In this document: piece by piece, positions 9,850 to 20,904 of the stretch | Position numbering within the stretch: position 1 is the stretch's first letter | Layout: every line of letters starts with the position of its first letter | Source: Chamaesiphon sp. | GTDB taxonomy: Bacteria; Cyanobacteriota; Cyanobacteriia; Cyanobacteriales; Chamaesiphonaceae | Length of the DNA stretch: 64,000 nt | Reading direction: 5' to 3' | NCBI GenBank assembly: GCA_965246715.1 | Contig: CBDFFH010000017.1 | Location: 1-64,000, forward strand | Notes under the pieces: generated by a model | Database searches by the model: none | What the model saw: the letters and a program-made list of their open reading frames with translations, nothing else | Told to the model about the DNA's origin: nothing | Translations under genes and position numbers: made by a program

Positions 9850-10368
9850 ATGAATGATTCCGGACAAGCCAGCGATAATTTGGCGATCGATCTCCATCCT
9901 GCTCATGTGCCACGATTGAAACGGATGCGCCAGTTAACTAGATTGCTCGATAATGCGATCGCGATTCCTGGCACGAAACAGCGCATCGGTTTAGATCCGA
10001 TCCTCGGATTGATTCCTGGTGGTGGTGATACTCTAAGTGCTGCTTTGTCTGGTTATCTGATTATCGAAGCCGCGAGAATGGGGTTACCGCGATCGGCACT
10101 GATGCGGATGGTAATTAATATTATCCTCGATACATTCATTGGTTCGGTACCACTATTTGGCGATCTTTATGACACAGTTTCCAAAGCCAATGTGCGGAAC
10201 ATGGAAATTGTCGAAAGTCACATCAAAGCGCCTCAACCGAGTGCCAAAACCGATCGATTGTTTATCGGCTTATTAGTCGTGGGAATTATTGTCTTTGCGC
10301 TAGCAGCAGGAGCAATTTCGGTATTAGTATTTAGTTGGATTATTAAGGTATTCTCAAACGTGCTCTAA
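9850..10368 (+). CDS. DUF4112-family membrane protein
   Basis: LLDNAIAIPGT, IGLDPILGLIPGGGD, GSVPLFGDLYD motifs. Confidence 0.9.
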   Translation: MNDSGQASDNLAIDLHPAHVPRLKRMRQLTRLLDNAIAIPGTKQRIGLDPILGLIPGGGDTLSAALSGYLIIEAARMGLPRSALMRMVINIILDTFIGSVPLFGDLYDTVSKANVRNMEIVESHIKAPQPSAKTDRLFIGLLVVGIIVFALAAGAISVLVFSWIIKVFSNVL

Positions 10369-10484
10369 GCTGGATGAGATGATAACTATCTCAAGACTGC
10401 CCTTAGTGCTTTGAACATTGTCACCTCCTAGTTCTCAGTAATTGTTACGAGACGTGTGCGGTTGCCCTGACACTCGATCGACCG

Positions 10485-10682
10485 ATGCTGATGCCAACGC
10501 TCCAAACATTTAAACCATTATGGGATGAAGTAGCAAGCAAATGGAACTGCTATTTTTATGTAACAGACGGGTGGCCAGTTTACCCGATGTTTATTCCAAA
10601 CGGCGACCAAATTGTCAGTAAAACTTATCTGACTAGAGTAGAAGGCGAAAACACCAGGCTCAGACATTATCTGGCTCGCTTA
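10485..10682 (+). pseudogene. IS1-family transposase (InsB) internal fragment
   Basis: YFYVTDGWPVYP...VSKTYLTRVEGENTRLRHYLARL, typical of cyanobacterial IS1 InsB; truncated at both ends. Confidence 0.85.
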
Positions 10683-10690
10683 AAGAGTCT

Positions 10691-10801
10691 GTGACACAAG
10701 TAGATGATGAAACAGATATAGAAATAACTGAGACGGAGACAGAGTGGAAAATGCCTGAACTGATTGATTACGAAGATATGCGTCAAGATTATGGATTCTA
10801 A
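10691..10801 (+). pseudogene. tnsB: C-terminal tail of a type V-K CAST-like TnsB transposase
   Basis: Translates VTQVDDETDIEITETETEWKMPELIDYEDMRQDYGF*, resembling the DYEQLREEYGF end of ShCAST TnsB; stop is 4 nt before tnsC ATG. Confidence 0.75.
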
Positions 10802-10805
10802 AAAT

Positions 10806-11045
10806 ATGAATGCTCCAACGGCTACAACTGTTGCCCAGCAGCTAGGAAATCTTCCTGTGATGACGGCTGAAGTTCAGGAGGCGATCGAACGATTGAATCG
10901 GAAAGGTTTTATCCCTCTCCATCAGGTACAAATCGCCCATGATTGGCTCAAAGGCAAGCGACAGTCTCGTCAATCGGGTCGAGTAGTGGGAGAGTCTAGA
11001 ACGGGTAAAACGATGGCGTGCGATGCTTATCGTTTGAGGAGTAAG
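10806..11045 (+). pseudogene. tnsC: N-terminal fragment of CAST V-K/Tn5053-type TnsC AAA+ ATPase
   Basis: HDWLKGKRQSRQSGRVVGESRTGKTMACDAYR (Walker A) closely matches ShCAST TnsC; cut off by IS1634 sequence. Confidence 0.88.
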
Positions 11046-11691
11046 CATCAAAGCGATGATCCTGAATGGATTAGGATTTGTCTCAGCACCGTTGTATTTG
11101 TTCGGGCAATTCTTCCAAGGCAAGGCAACCGAGCAGTTATTGGGAGAAGGAATCAAACCAGAACATCTAAACGACGACCGATTGGGAAACGTCCTAGATG
11201 AAGTGTATGCAGCAGGACTGAGCGAACTATTTCTAGAAATCAGTCTGGCGGCAGCGAATAAATTTGGAGTCAAGCGAGAAACAGCACATCTAGATTCGAC
11301 ATCATTTCACGTAGACGGGGAATATAAAAAGTCTGAGCCAGGAGTAATTGAAATTACCTACGGATATTCCAGAGATCATCGACAACTCCGACAGGCTTTG
11401 GCTTACCAAGATGAGACGATTCCTAACCAATTGGGCAAACCGACATCTTCTCCAACCCTCAGATGGGTGTTTCAGTGTTTTATGGCTGTTCATCTGGTCG
11501 TTTTCCAAGGTGTTCAGCAGGTTGTTAATTTGACTGATGAACGACTTCACATTTTGCAGTTTTTCAGTCCATCTTGTCGCCGCTACTATCTTCTCCCTGT
11601 GCCAAATTCTTAATTTTTTTTATCGCTCCCCAACTAGCGGAATGTGGGTTTAAAAATACAGGATTTTCGATCCCTCCCTGCGGAATGAGGG
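11046..11691 (+). mobile_element. IS1634-family transposase remnant, internally deleted, with two right-end motifs
   Basis: AMILNGLGF...LNDDRLG...HLDSTSFHVDG...YGYSRDHR fused directly to C-terminal IPNQLGKPT-PTLRWVFQCF; GCGGAATGTGGG (11638) and GCGGAATGAGGG (11680) end-like motifs. Confidence 0.85.
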
Positions 11692-11759
11692 ATCGAACTA
11701 CAGGTTGTATTAATTACCCTGTCCACAATGGAGCCAAGCTGCTGCGTGCGGCCAAAGAT

Positions 11760-12230
11760 TTAGCTATTAATCTGTTCGACTTTAAAAATGCGATCGGCAG
11801 ATTTTGTGGAGATCGTACTTTCCCAATTAATAGACTGCAAGAATTGTGCTCCAGACTTGGTTTCCACCACATCTACGCCCCATTGATTCGGCTGGAGGGC
11901 ATCTGGAGAGTCACTAGTGGCAGGAGTGGTCTTAATCCCACCTAAAACCAATATGTCAAAATTAATCCTCCCCAGCGCGGCAATCCGACTGTCAGAGAGA
12001 ATTTTGGCGCATTTTTCGCCGACCTGTTGGGGCGATAAAAAATTAGTTGAGCAAATAATTTCGACGATCCAATGCGGATTGCCTACCTGCCGACAGGCGA
12101 CTTCTGGATGAGAATTAAAACCCTCACTAAATAACTGCGTGAAGGATTCCCGACTCAGTGCGGGCACTTTTTCATCGGTAATATTGAAATTATGAGAAAG
12201 CAACATTCGCAAGGCTCGATCGTCATTCAT
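11760..12230 (-). CDS. DUF2656-family protein
   Basis: MLLSHNF, HWIVE, LGGIKT, LQPNQWGVDVVET motifs; located in phycoerythrin cluster. Confidence 0.75.
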   Translation of the reverse strand: MNDDRALRMLLSHNFNITDEKVPALSRESFTQLFSEGFNSHPEVACRQVGNPHWIVEIICSTNFLSPQQVGEKCAKILSDSRIAALGRINFDILVLGGIKTTPATSDSPDALQPNQWGVDVVETKSGAQFLQSINWESTISTKSADRIFKVEQINS

Positions 12231-12301
12231 AGTAGCAGCGGGTAATTTAACTCGTAAGGGTGCCCTTAATCGGGATCTTTAGTTGAGGCTAAGCTCTCAA
12301 T

Positions 12302-12877
12302 TCACGCTCGATCGAAAGATTTTAAGCGATCGAGCAGATGGTCGAAATAAGGACTGACGATCGCGTGTCGATCCGGCTCGATCCTTGCTAAACTTGCAGT
12401 TTTAATTCCCGCAAGTCCGACCGCCATTGCATCGAGGGGAACTTGCAATTCTCGATAGAGAAGTTCCATATATTTCAGTCCCTCAGCACTAGTGTACTGA
12501 GACTGTCCGCCTGCTAAACCATAGGTAATCGGCCGGAGATAGTGCCAGAAATCCCGCCAACAGGCTTCGGCACGTTCGGGGGGATAGAGACCGCCGCCTG
12601 GTTCACCGATCTGGGGAAAGCGAGCGAGGACTTCGGCTCTGGCTTCATCAATGATTTCGACAACTCGATCGCGCAATAATTTCGATACGGGAATTAGGCG
12701 AGAAGTTTCCGGTGAAAGTGTCGCAATCTGTTGATAGTCGGCATCGGTGAGATAAACTCGTGCGGCTTCTGCGGCTTGAAATATGTCGATAACAGTTACT
12801 GAATGAGTGGATTGCCAACTATCGAAACTAACAATGTTTGCCTTGCTAATGAGTTCTTTAACTTTATCGGTAATCAT
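12302..12877 (-). CDS. aplA: Allophycocyanin-like phycobiliprotein (AplA-like)
   Basis: Phycobiliprotein globin motifs PGGGLY, ACWRDFWHYLRPITYG, LYRELQVP; N-terminal extension; in PE cluster. Confidence 0.7.
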   Translation of the reverse strand: MITDKVKELISKANIVSFDSWQSTHSVTVIDIFQAAEAARVYLTDADYQQIATLSPETSRLIPVSKLLRDRVVEIIDEARAEVLARFPQIGEPGGGLYPPERAEACWRDFWHYLRPITYGLAGGQSQYTSAEGLKYMELLYRELQVPLDAMAVGLAGIKTASLARIEPDRHAIVSPYFDHLLDRLKSFDRA

Positions 12878-12909
12878 GTTAGCTATTAATCTAAATATTT
12901 GAAATCTTC

Positions 12910-12935
12910 CGTAGGGTGGGCACTGCCCACCCTAC
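12910..12935. repeat. GTAG-type REP palindrome
   Basis: GTAGGGTGGGCA-C-TGCCCACCCTAC; relatives near 46796-46863, 54785 and 55874. Confidence 0.8.
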
Positions 12936-12968
12936 TGGATCTTTAGTCTGAAAAATAATTCCATCATC

Positions 12969-13568
12969 CTATTTTTCTAGTGGTAATTCATCTGCAAAAC
13001 TTTGTTTTTTCTCGAAGCGGAGTGGCCCATGCTCGGATCCCCAAACTTGTTGATGTGACTCGATATCCAGACCACGATCGATGCCCACCCAAGTCGTCGA
13101 TGTGATTTCTACCTCGCTTACCAAGTAAGTTTGACAACCATTTTTTTCAATCAAACATTTATCTCCCTCAACCTGTCCGCGAAACATTTCCCGATCGCGC
13201 CGGAACACCATCGAGCAATTGTACCGTCGTTGAGTATCGCTAGGTTGAATAGTCTTGAGAATACTTAACTCCCGCGCTGAGCCAGCAAAGCGGATCGGGT
13301 CTTCGAGACTGTAGTTTTCAATGTAGATCCGATCGCCCAAATCTACCAGCCGATGAATGCCTTGACGGTAAGGAGTCCAGAGATCGTGGTCGTACACTTG
13401 CTCGGAATAAAATCCGATCGTCTGAAAAAACTCAAACGGTAACGGTCGAAAAAACACATGAATATGCGCAAATTGCTGGGGATTTCCGGCGGCTTGCTGC
13501 GCATTACTAAAATCACCCGCCATCCACTGCGCCAAGGTGATGAGATCGGGAGAGTAAGATTCAGTCAT
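12969..13568 (-). CDS. cpeT: Phycoerythrobilin lyase, CpcT/CpeT family
   Basis: LAQWMAGDFSN, FAHIHVFFRPLP, GFYSEQVYD, QVWGSEHGPLRF; start MTESYS (13568). Confidence 0.92.
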   Translation of the reverse strand: MTESYSPDLITLAQWMAGDFSNAQQAAGNPQQFAHIHVFFRPLPFEFFQTIGFYSEQVYDHDLWTPYRQGIHRLVDLGDRIYIENYSLEDPIRFAGSARELSILKTIQPSDTQRRYNCSMVFRRDREMFRGQVEGDKCLIEKNGCQTYLVSEVEITSTTWVGIDRGLDIESHQQVWGSEHGPLRFEKKQSFADELPLEK

Positions 13569-13584
13569 GGAATAGGGAATAGTA

Positions 13585-13624
13585 AATAAGTAATAAGTAA
13601 TAAGTAATAAGTAATAAGTAATAA
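13585..13624. repeat. Heptamer tandem repeat (AATAAGT)5+
   Basis: Read directly; lies between cpeS and cpeT. Confidence 0.9.
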
Positions 13625-13668
13625 AAAAAGTACTAGGGGCTAATTCCCCTGCTCGGAGGGGTGGGTTC

Positions 13669-14205
13669 CTATCTACCATCTAAAGACCGAATTTCCGAAG
13701 CAAAAGAAGCCGTCACCACACCAGTTCCCCCACTAGTTTTGATTAATGAGACGCGCAGCCGGAGATTGGGATTGACAAACCAGATCCGCTCCTCAGCGAC
13801 AGCTCGATCGTAAGGGGTTTCCAAAATAAACATCCCCTCTTCAGTAAAAGTATATTCACCCACCGCCGCTACTGTCTCAGCATAACCCTGGTCTCGGAGG
13901 AGCTGACCTTTTGTGGGTTTATGAGAATCGGGAATCGGCACGAGAATACAAGTACCCTTCATTTCGGCATTGTCCTCATCCCAATCCGATTGTCCTTCCC
14001 AAGCCATCCGAAACGGTGCAACAGCAAGAGTGTGGTCGATATCGTAGGACTTACATAGGGCGACTACCTCAGCGTTGTCAGGGGAGAGCGCCATGATATC
14101 GATCTCGGAGCGCACAGCTTCAAAGTGACTGAAAATCATATGGTGGGCGCTACGCTGCGATCGCCAATGACCTAGCGACTGCTCGACAAACTGGGTGATG
14201 TCCAT
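13669..14205 (-). CDS. cpeS: Phycoerythrobilin lyase CpeS
   Basis: GHWRSQRSAHH, LLRDQGYAE, EERIWFVNPNLRLR, SFASEIR. Confidence 0.93.
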   Translation of the reverse strand: MDITQFVEQSLGHWRSQRSAHHMIFSHFEAVRSEIDIMALSPDNAEVVALCKSYDIDHTLAVAPFRMAWEGQSDWDEDNAEMKGTCILVPIPDSHKPTKGQLLRDQGYAETVAAVGEYTFTEEGMFILETPYDRAVAEERIWFVNPNLRLRVSLIKTSGGTGVVTASFASEIRSLDGR

Positions 14206-14324
14206 AATGGTGATTCTACAACGGTCGGGACTAACCTTATTTTTACTCAGAATGGCGACATTTCACTCGATCGATCTGCCCCGATCGGTCTTTAAACGTC
14301 ATTCAATCAGCTATTTTAGTGTTA

Positions 14325-14346
14325 ATTGTTACGAAATGTTGATTTG
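14325..14346. promoter_or_regulatory. TTGTTA-N4-ATGTTG direct repeat / degenerate HLR1-like box upstream of cpeB
   Basis: TTGTTACGAAATGTTGATTTG, 17/21 identical to 22041-22061; resembles the TTGTTA repeat described in cpeBA promoters. Confidence 0.55.
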
Positions 14347-14446
14347 TTTTTAATAAATTGGATCCAAATCGCCGTGCGATCGTAAAGTTGATCCCAGTTA
14401 GTCGCGAACGCCGACCGACTTCGATAAAAAACTTTTTTGTCTATAG

Positions 14447-15572
<1,126 letters not shown>

Positions 15573-15607
15573 TTGAGACTGAGTAGGATTTAAACCTACT
15601 CGATAGT

Positions 15608-15664
15608 CTGAAAGTTCTTCAGGCATTGCTGCAATTATATGGAGCAATGTCAGAGGACTTTCAG
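15608..15664 (+). terminator. Long stem-loop downstream of cpeA (terminator/processing site)
   Basis: CTGAAAGTTCTTCAGGCATTGCT...AGCAATGTCAGAGGACTTTCAG followed by a T-rich tract. Confidence 0.55.
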
Positions 15665-15723
15665 GCTTGTTTTCGTTTTAAGATGAAGCCAGGGAAGTTA
15701 TCGGGATGAGATTAGGTTAATTT

Positions 15724-17004
15724 ATGGACAAACGCTTTTTTAGTTTCTTCAATCTCACCGAAGACCAAGCGATCGCCCTGCTAGATACACCTCAATCTGA
15801 GATTAGTGAAGATGATTCTCGCTATATTGCTGCATCCCATTTAATCAATTTTCAGACTGAGCAGTCGATTCAGGCGCTGATGCGGGCAGTACAACAAGAT
15901 GATTCAGCCTTGGACAATCGAATCGTGCGGCGCAAATCGATCGAATCCTTGGGACGGTTGAAAGCAACTCAAGCACTACCGATAATTCGGACTTGTCTAG
16001 CCGATAATGATTGTTATACCGTCGAAAATGCCGTGTGGGCGATCGGCGAAATCGGTACCCACGATCCAGAAATACTCGCCCAGATTGCGGCTTTGCTCGA
16101 CAAACCGCAGCAAACATATCGCGTAATCATTCACACATTAGCCAGTGCTGATTATCAACCCGCAGTCGATCGCATTCGCCGCTTTGTAGACGATAGTGAT
16201 GCCCCGATTGCCAGTGCGGCAATTGCCGCAATTTGTCGGTTGACCAAAGACTACACCAATATGGATAAAGTGGTGGCGATGCTCCAGCACCCAGCCGTCT
16301 TGGGGCGCAGATTATCGATTCAGGATTTAATCGATGCCCACTATTATCGAGCGATTCCAGCAATTGCCTACTGTCCTGTCTCCTTAGTATTTCGGCTCCG
16401 AGGGATTCGGTTATTGGGCGAAGCAGGAATTGCTGAAGGCGCGATCGATTTTGCCACCATCCGCCCCGCCTTAGAACAAACTCTAATCGATCGACCGTCC
16501 GATCTCAAACTGGTGCATAGCCACCCCCAAATCCCCCCACTATCTGTGTTAATTCAGGATTTATATGATACGGATTTTGGTCGTTGTTATCTCGCGACGC
16601 AAACGATCCTCGATCGCTACATCACAGAAGCTCCCGCTGCCTTATTTCAAACATATGCCGATGAAGCGAACAATGACTATGGGGCACATTTTCATGTAAT
16701 TAAATTATTTGGGTGGCTAAAGCATCAACCTGCCTACGATCTCTTATTAGAAGGCTTACAAAATCCCCAACCACAGTTTCAAAAATCACGTGCGGCAGCA
16801 GCGATTGCCTTGGGCGAATTGGGAAATCCTGCTTGTATTCCTTATCTCAAAGCCAGCCTCGAAACTAAAATTTGGGATCTTAAATACGCTGCTTTGATGA
16901 CTTTGGAAAAATTTGGGGATACAAGTGGGCGAGAAATTGCTGCTAAGGATGCAGATTGGCTAGTCCGCGCTAAAGCCGTACATCTAATGGCCACTCGCTT
17001 ATAG
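15724..17004 (+). CDS. cpeY: Phycoerythrobilin lyase CpeY (HEAT repeats)
   Basis: MDKRFFSFFNLTEDQAIALL, RYIAASHL, NNDYGAHFHV; position after cpeBA. Confidence 0.93.
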   Translation: MDKRFFSFFNLTEDQAIALLDTPQSEISEDDSRYIAASHLINFQTEQSIQALMRAVQQDDSALDNRIVRRKSIESLGRLKATQALPIIRTCLADNDCYTVENAVWAIGEIGTHDPEILAQIAALLDKPQQTYRVIIHTLASADYQPAVDRIRRFVDDSDAPIASAAIAAICRLTKDYTNMDKVVAMLQHPAVLGRRLSIQDLIDAHYYRAIPAIAYCPVSLVFRLRGIRLLGEAGIAEGAIDFATIRPALEQTLIDRPSDLKLVHSHPQIPPLSVLIQDLYDTDFGRCYLATQTILDRYITEAPAALFQTYADEANNDYGAHFHVIKLFGWLKHQPAYDLLLEGLQNPQPQFQKSRAAAAIALGELGNPACIPYLKASLETKIWDLKYAALMTLEKFGDTSGREIAAKDADWLVRAKAVHLMATRL

Positions 17005-17169
17005 CTGGTTAGTAATCTCCAGCTAATGCACTCAATGGAGCGAGCATGTAAATTGAAACCCCTCGATAAAAGCGGCCACGCAAAAAAAAGAACATCCAGC
17101 CCAAGAAAGTAAATCGAGCAGCCATCCATTATCCACCTACCCACAGATCGATGACTGGACTTAACTAAT

Positions 17170-17285
17170 GCGAAGCGCGCCCCGCCGACCACAGATCGCC
17201 CCTTGTGCAGGGGAGTTTGAGGGGCGGCACCCCGCTCCTCAACGGGGGGTTTGGGGGAAGCCTCCCCCAGATCCGGGTTCAACCC
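17170..17285. repeat. GC-rich structured dispersed repeat in the cpeY-cpeZ spacer
   Basis: Adjacent hairpins TTGAGGGGCGG-CAC-CCGCTCCTCAA and TGGGGGAAG-CCTCCCCCA. Confidence 0.55.
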
Positions 17286-17388
17286 ACTCACAACTTATCT
17301 GAAGCACCAATCCCCATCAGTGAGTAATAGCATAAAAAAGGGGTTGAGAGATTCAACTGAAATAACTTTTAATAAAATTCTAGCCAAC

Positions 17389-18000
17389 ATGACAAAAGAC
17401 GCACTGTTCGAGCAACTCAAACATCCAAATCCCCACATGCGCGAACGCGCCATGGTAGAAATCGTCGAACAGCGCGATGAAAACACGATCGCCAGACTAA
17501 TCGGAATTTTAGATTCCGCCGACGTAGTTTACCGTCGCGCAGCAGTTAAACTACTAGGATTGCTAGAACTAGATGTAGTACCGCCGCTAGTCGCTGCGAT
17601 GTTGGAAAATGAAAATGTTGTCGTCCGAGGTAGCGCCGCCAAAGCCTTGGCGCAGGTAGCAATTAATTATCCCGACACCCCTTTCCCCGCGATCGGTTTG
17701 CAAGGCTTGAAGACAGCGATTTCCGATCCCAATCCAGTCGTCCACATCGCCGCAATTATGGCTTTGGGTCAAATTGGTTCCCCAGCTTTTGAGATTTTGT
17801 TAGAGTCGTTAAAAACAACAGATAATATTGCCGTTCAGGTAAGCATTATCAATGCATTGGCAGATTTGGGAGATCCGCGCTGTACTGAAGTGTTGACGAC
17901 CTTTGCTAACAATCCAGCAGTGGATGATTATGTCCGCGAATCAGCTACCAGCTCGCTGAGTCGCTTGGAATTGGTGATGAACAACCAACGGAAATCATAG
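17389..18000 (+). CDS. cpeZ: Phycoerythrin lyase/chaperone CpeZ (HEAT repeats)
   Basis: LFEQLKHPNPHMRERAM, YRRAAVKLLG, DPNPVVHIAAIMALG; start MTKDALF. Confidence 0.9.
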   Translation: MTKDALFEQLKHPNPHMRERAMVEIVEQRDENTIARLIGILDSADVVYRRAAVKLLGLLELDVVPPLVAAMLENENVVVRGSAAKALAQVAINYPDTPFPAIGLQGLKTAISDPNPVVHIAAIMALGQIGSPAFEILLESLKTTDNIAVQVSIINALADLGDPRCTEVLTTFANNPAVDDYVRESATSSLSRLELVMNNQRKS

Positions 18001-18651
18001 CAAGTCTTCTAAGGCTGCCGCGACAACTTGATGGCTGGAGTCTTGACGGAGCTTATTCAAAGCGGCTTTTGACTCTGGCACATTAAATTTCTTCAAGGCA
18101 TAGGCAACTTGACGGCGGGTGCGTTCGGATGCAGCATCAACTAGGGGGAGCAATTGCGCGAGGGCGGCTGTCTTTGGCTCGGAATCAGTTAGATCGCCTA
18201 GTGCCGCGATCGCCGCTTCCCGAACGGGAATATCATTACCCTTGAGTGCTTCTTGACAAACTTCCAAAACTTCATGTTGACAATCGAGATCGCTCAGGGC
18301 GGCTAAAATACTCCGTCGCACTAACCAGTGGTTGTCTTTTACAAAAGTCATCACCAACTGAGCAGCCGCACATTTACCAAACAAAGACAGAGAATTAGCT
18401 GCCTCGGCTCTGACATTGGGGGTATCGTCAAATTTGAGAATTTCCAACAGCGCTGCATACGATGCGGCTGTCTGTTGTTTGCCCAACCCCCGACAGACAA
18501 AGGAACGTACCAAAAACTCTGGATCGCCGATCTTCCCAATCAACAGTGGGACAGCGATCTCCGCTGAATAGTCTTTAAGGGCGGTAATCGCTTGGAGGCG
18601 ATATTGAAAGTCATCCCGATCGAGTGCTGCCTCGATTTGGTGAATATCCAT
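17995..18651 (-). CDS. PBS-lyase HEAT-repeat protein (NblB-like)
   Basis: DPEFLVRSFVCRGLG, NVRAEAANSLSLFG, HWLVRRSILAAL. Confidence 0.75.
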   Translation of the reverse strand: MDIHQIEAALDRDDFQYRLQAITALKDYSAEIAVPLLIGKIGDPEFLVRSFVCRGLGKQQTAASYAALLEILKFDDTPNVRAEAANSLSLFGKCAAAQLVMTFVKDNHWLVRRSILAALSDLDCQHEVLEVCQEALKGNDIPVREAAIAALGDLTDSEPKTAALAQLLPLVDAASERTRRQVAYALKKFNVPESKAALNKLRQDSSHQVVAAALEDLL

Positions 18652-18700
18652 GTGTTAATTTAGTGAGGTGTCTAGCTTACATTCTAATCAAGGATCCGAC

Positions 18701-19006
18701 TCAACTACTTTCATCGAAGCGAGTGTGAAAACTACCATGCTTGAACCAATACTGTCGCAGTTCGTGGTGGGGAGTGTGCAAACTCGCCCTAGCTTGATAA
18801 AGAATTACTTGGCGATGATTGCCCATCCACACATTCCTGACTGACTCTACCGCAATAAAACATCCACCTAGACTCAAAATGCACTCTTCAAAGCGTTCGA
18901 CGGCTGAATAGTCTAAGGTTTCAAAAATTAGCAATCGATCGGAAAAAATTATATGGCGACTTCTAATCCAAGTCTGCATTTTTTTGTGTGCTATTGGGGG
19001 CAGCAT
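18701..19006 (-). CDS. cpeR: Phycoerythrin operon regulator CpeR
   Basis: MLPPIAHKKMQTWIRSRH...FETLDYSAVERF...WMGNHRQVILYQARASL. Confidence 0.88.
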   Translation of the reverse strand: MLPPIAHKKMQTWIRSRHIIFSDRLLIFETLDYSAVERFEECILSLGGCFIAVESVRNVWMGNHRQVILYQARASLHTPHHELRQYWFKHGSFHTRFDESS

Positions 19007-19254
19007 CTCATTATTATGCTTAATAAAATATCCATTCACCGGAAATATATTAAGTTATCTTTGTAAAAATTATTGTTATCTAACTTGCCGACCGCTCTTG
19101 AATTCCTGGCGCTGTCGCTCCTGTATGGCAGGACATCCAAAGATTGTAGCCGAAAATAAACTCCCTTCAATAATCGATCGAATCTATTTTTCAGGGAGTT
19201 CAAACTAATTTCTAGATGTAATATCGCTCGCATTACATCTTCGACATATTCTAA

Positions 19255-20019
19255 TTAAACCTCAGTAATACTGAGAATTTTACCTGACATTTTCTGAATG
19301 CTTTGAATTTTCGCAGACAGTTGACCATAGCCGACTTCATAAGTCATATTGCTAAGTCTGATGTTATTGCCACCAGACTTAGTTGCAATGACCCGAAACC
19401 GCTTGCCAGTCGAACCAGTACCGCTACCAGAGCTTATCCGCAGCGGCTGAATTTTCTGGGTCGAATTGCCAGCAATCGTCGCAATCAACCGAGCTTGGTT
19501 GCTGGTATCGCTGGTAGCTGCGCCGCCGAGTAAAGACAACATCCGGTTGTAGCCAATATTCTTAATCCCCGTTTGACTAACAGTACTCCGAGGATAAGGA
19601 ACGATATTATATCCAAAACTTTGCATATAATCGTCACTATCGATATAAGAATCGATTTCAACCGTGTAACCCTGGTTATTATAGGTTTGAACGTGTTCGG
19701 AAATCTCGGATTGGTCTACAGGTGCGCGACCGAGTAAATGCTTGCAATTTAACTCGATAAACCGATAGGGTGAATTAGTATCGAAAAATAGCGATCGGTA
19801 GAGATCCGATTGGGCTATTTGTCGGACAAAGTCACGGACGGTGATTTCGCCATTACGCAGGAGGGATTCGGCACTGGTGAGGCGCTGATTTTCCATCACA
19901 TGAGCGTTACCTAATACTTGTCGGTAAGCAGCACGAATGACAACTTGGAGATCTGATTCTGTAGCATTGGGACGCAATTCTACAACTTCATTAACAAAAG
20001 CGGCGGTTAAACTGGACAT
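19255..20019 (-). CDS. cpeE: Phycoerythrin-associated rod linker CpeE
   Basis: [28 protein letters not shown] linker domain plus CpcD-like C-terminus. Confidence 0.88.
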   Translation of the reverse strand: MSSLTAAFVNEVVELRPNATESDLQVVIRAAYRQVLGNAHVMENQRLTSAESLLRNGEITVRDFVRQIAQSDLYRSLFFDTNSPYRFIELNCKHLLGRAPVDQSEISEHVQTYNNQGYTVEIDSYIDSDDYMQSFGYNIVPYPRSTVSQTGIKNIGYNRMLSLLGGAATSDTSNQARLIATIAGNSTQKIQPLRISSGSGTGSTGKRFRVIATKSGGNNIRLSNMTYEVGYGQLSAKIQSIQKMSGKILSITEV

Positions 20020-20044
20020 ATTTTTATTCCAACTCAAATTTTGA

Positions 20045-20812
20045 TTAATTGACTTCGGTAATGCTAACGATCTTGCCACCAGTACGTTGAATGCGCTGGA
20101 TTTGGGGAGTCATATTCCCCCCATTAACGAGATATTCAGTTGTGCTGACGCGGCGAGGGCTATCAAATTTAGACCCTTTGACTAGGATTTTGAAAGTTTT
20201 GGATGTTGCATCTGGCGAGATACTAGTCCGACCGCCAGTACTGGGGAGATCGATCTTGTTACCGCTGTTGCCAGCTACGAAGTCTACCAACCGCGACCCC
20301 GTAAAGGCACTGTCAACGCCAGCAAACCCTTGATAGAGGGAAAGTGTGCGATTGTAGCCTAATTGCTTTTGACCGACTTGGCTGAGCGCACCTTGATAAT
20401 AGGGAACGATATTTTCACCAAACTTAGCTTGATACTCATCACTATCGAGGTAAGAGTCAATTTCCGCATCGTAGCCTTCGTTCACGCACCGCTGAATGTG
20501 TGCGGACAGCTCGGCTTGGTCTTGTGGTGCGCGACCTAATAAGTGCTTGAAGTTCAACTCGACAAACCGATAGGGGGCACAAGCTTCAAAATACCGACTG
20601 CGATAGAAGTCAGATTTAGCTACAGCGCGAACGAATTCCCGGACGGTCATGCCACCATTACAAAACTGGGATTCGGCTGCTGTGAGGCGTTCGCTTTCCA
20701 TGACATGGGGATTGCCCAGAACTTGCTTGTAAACCGCTCGCACGATCGACTGGCGCTCTTCGGCACTAGCTGTCTGCCATAATTCTACTGGAGTATCTAA
20801 AACTACACTCAT
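20045..20812 (-). CDS. cpeD: Phycoerythrin-associated rod linker CpeD
   Basis: [29 protein letters not shown]. Confidence 0.9.
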   Translation of the reverse strand: MSVVLDTPVELWQTASAEERQSIVRAVYKQVLGNPHVMESERLTAAESQFCNGGMTVREFVRAVAKSDFYRSRYFEACAPYRFVELNFKHLLGRAPQDQAELSAHIQRCVNEGYDAEIDSYLDSDEYQAKFGENIVPYYQGALSQVGQKQLGYNRTLSLYQGFAGVDSAFTGSRLVDFVAGNSGNKIDLPSTGGRTSISPDATSKTFKILVKGSKFDSPRRVSTTEYLVNGGNMTPQIQRIQRTGGKIVSITEVN

Positions 20813-20904
20813 GATTGTGCTCCTAAATAAAAAAGTTTAAAGTGGTAAAATCGAGTAGTGAAATCTAAAAAAATAGCAACTTCACAAGAAGTCGCTAAAA
20901 GTTA

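Noticed and set aside
10764..11201. 145-aa ORF as an intact ATPase
   Set aside because: Chimera of the TnsC N-terminus and out-of-frame IS1634 sequence.
10369..11760. Functional CAST or CRISPR array
   Set aside because: No cas12k, tniQ or repeat-spacer array seen anywhere in the window.
13569..13679. N-terminal extension of CpeT (ITYYLLLITYYL)
   Set aside because: Translation of the heptamer repeat; extensions of cpeZ (17251), DUF2330 (6413, 7779) and cpeE (20079) are rejected similarly.
16842..17291. 149-aa minus-strand ORF
   Set aside because: Spans repeat DNA and the antisense of cpeY; no protein features.
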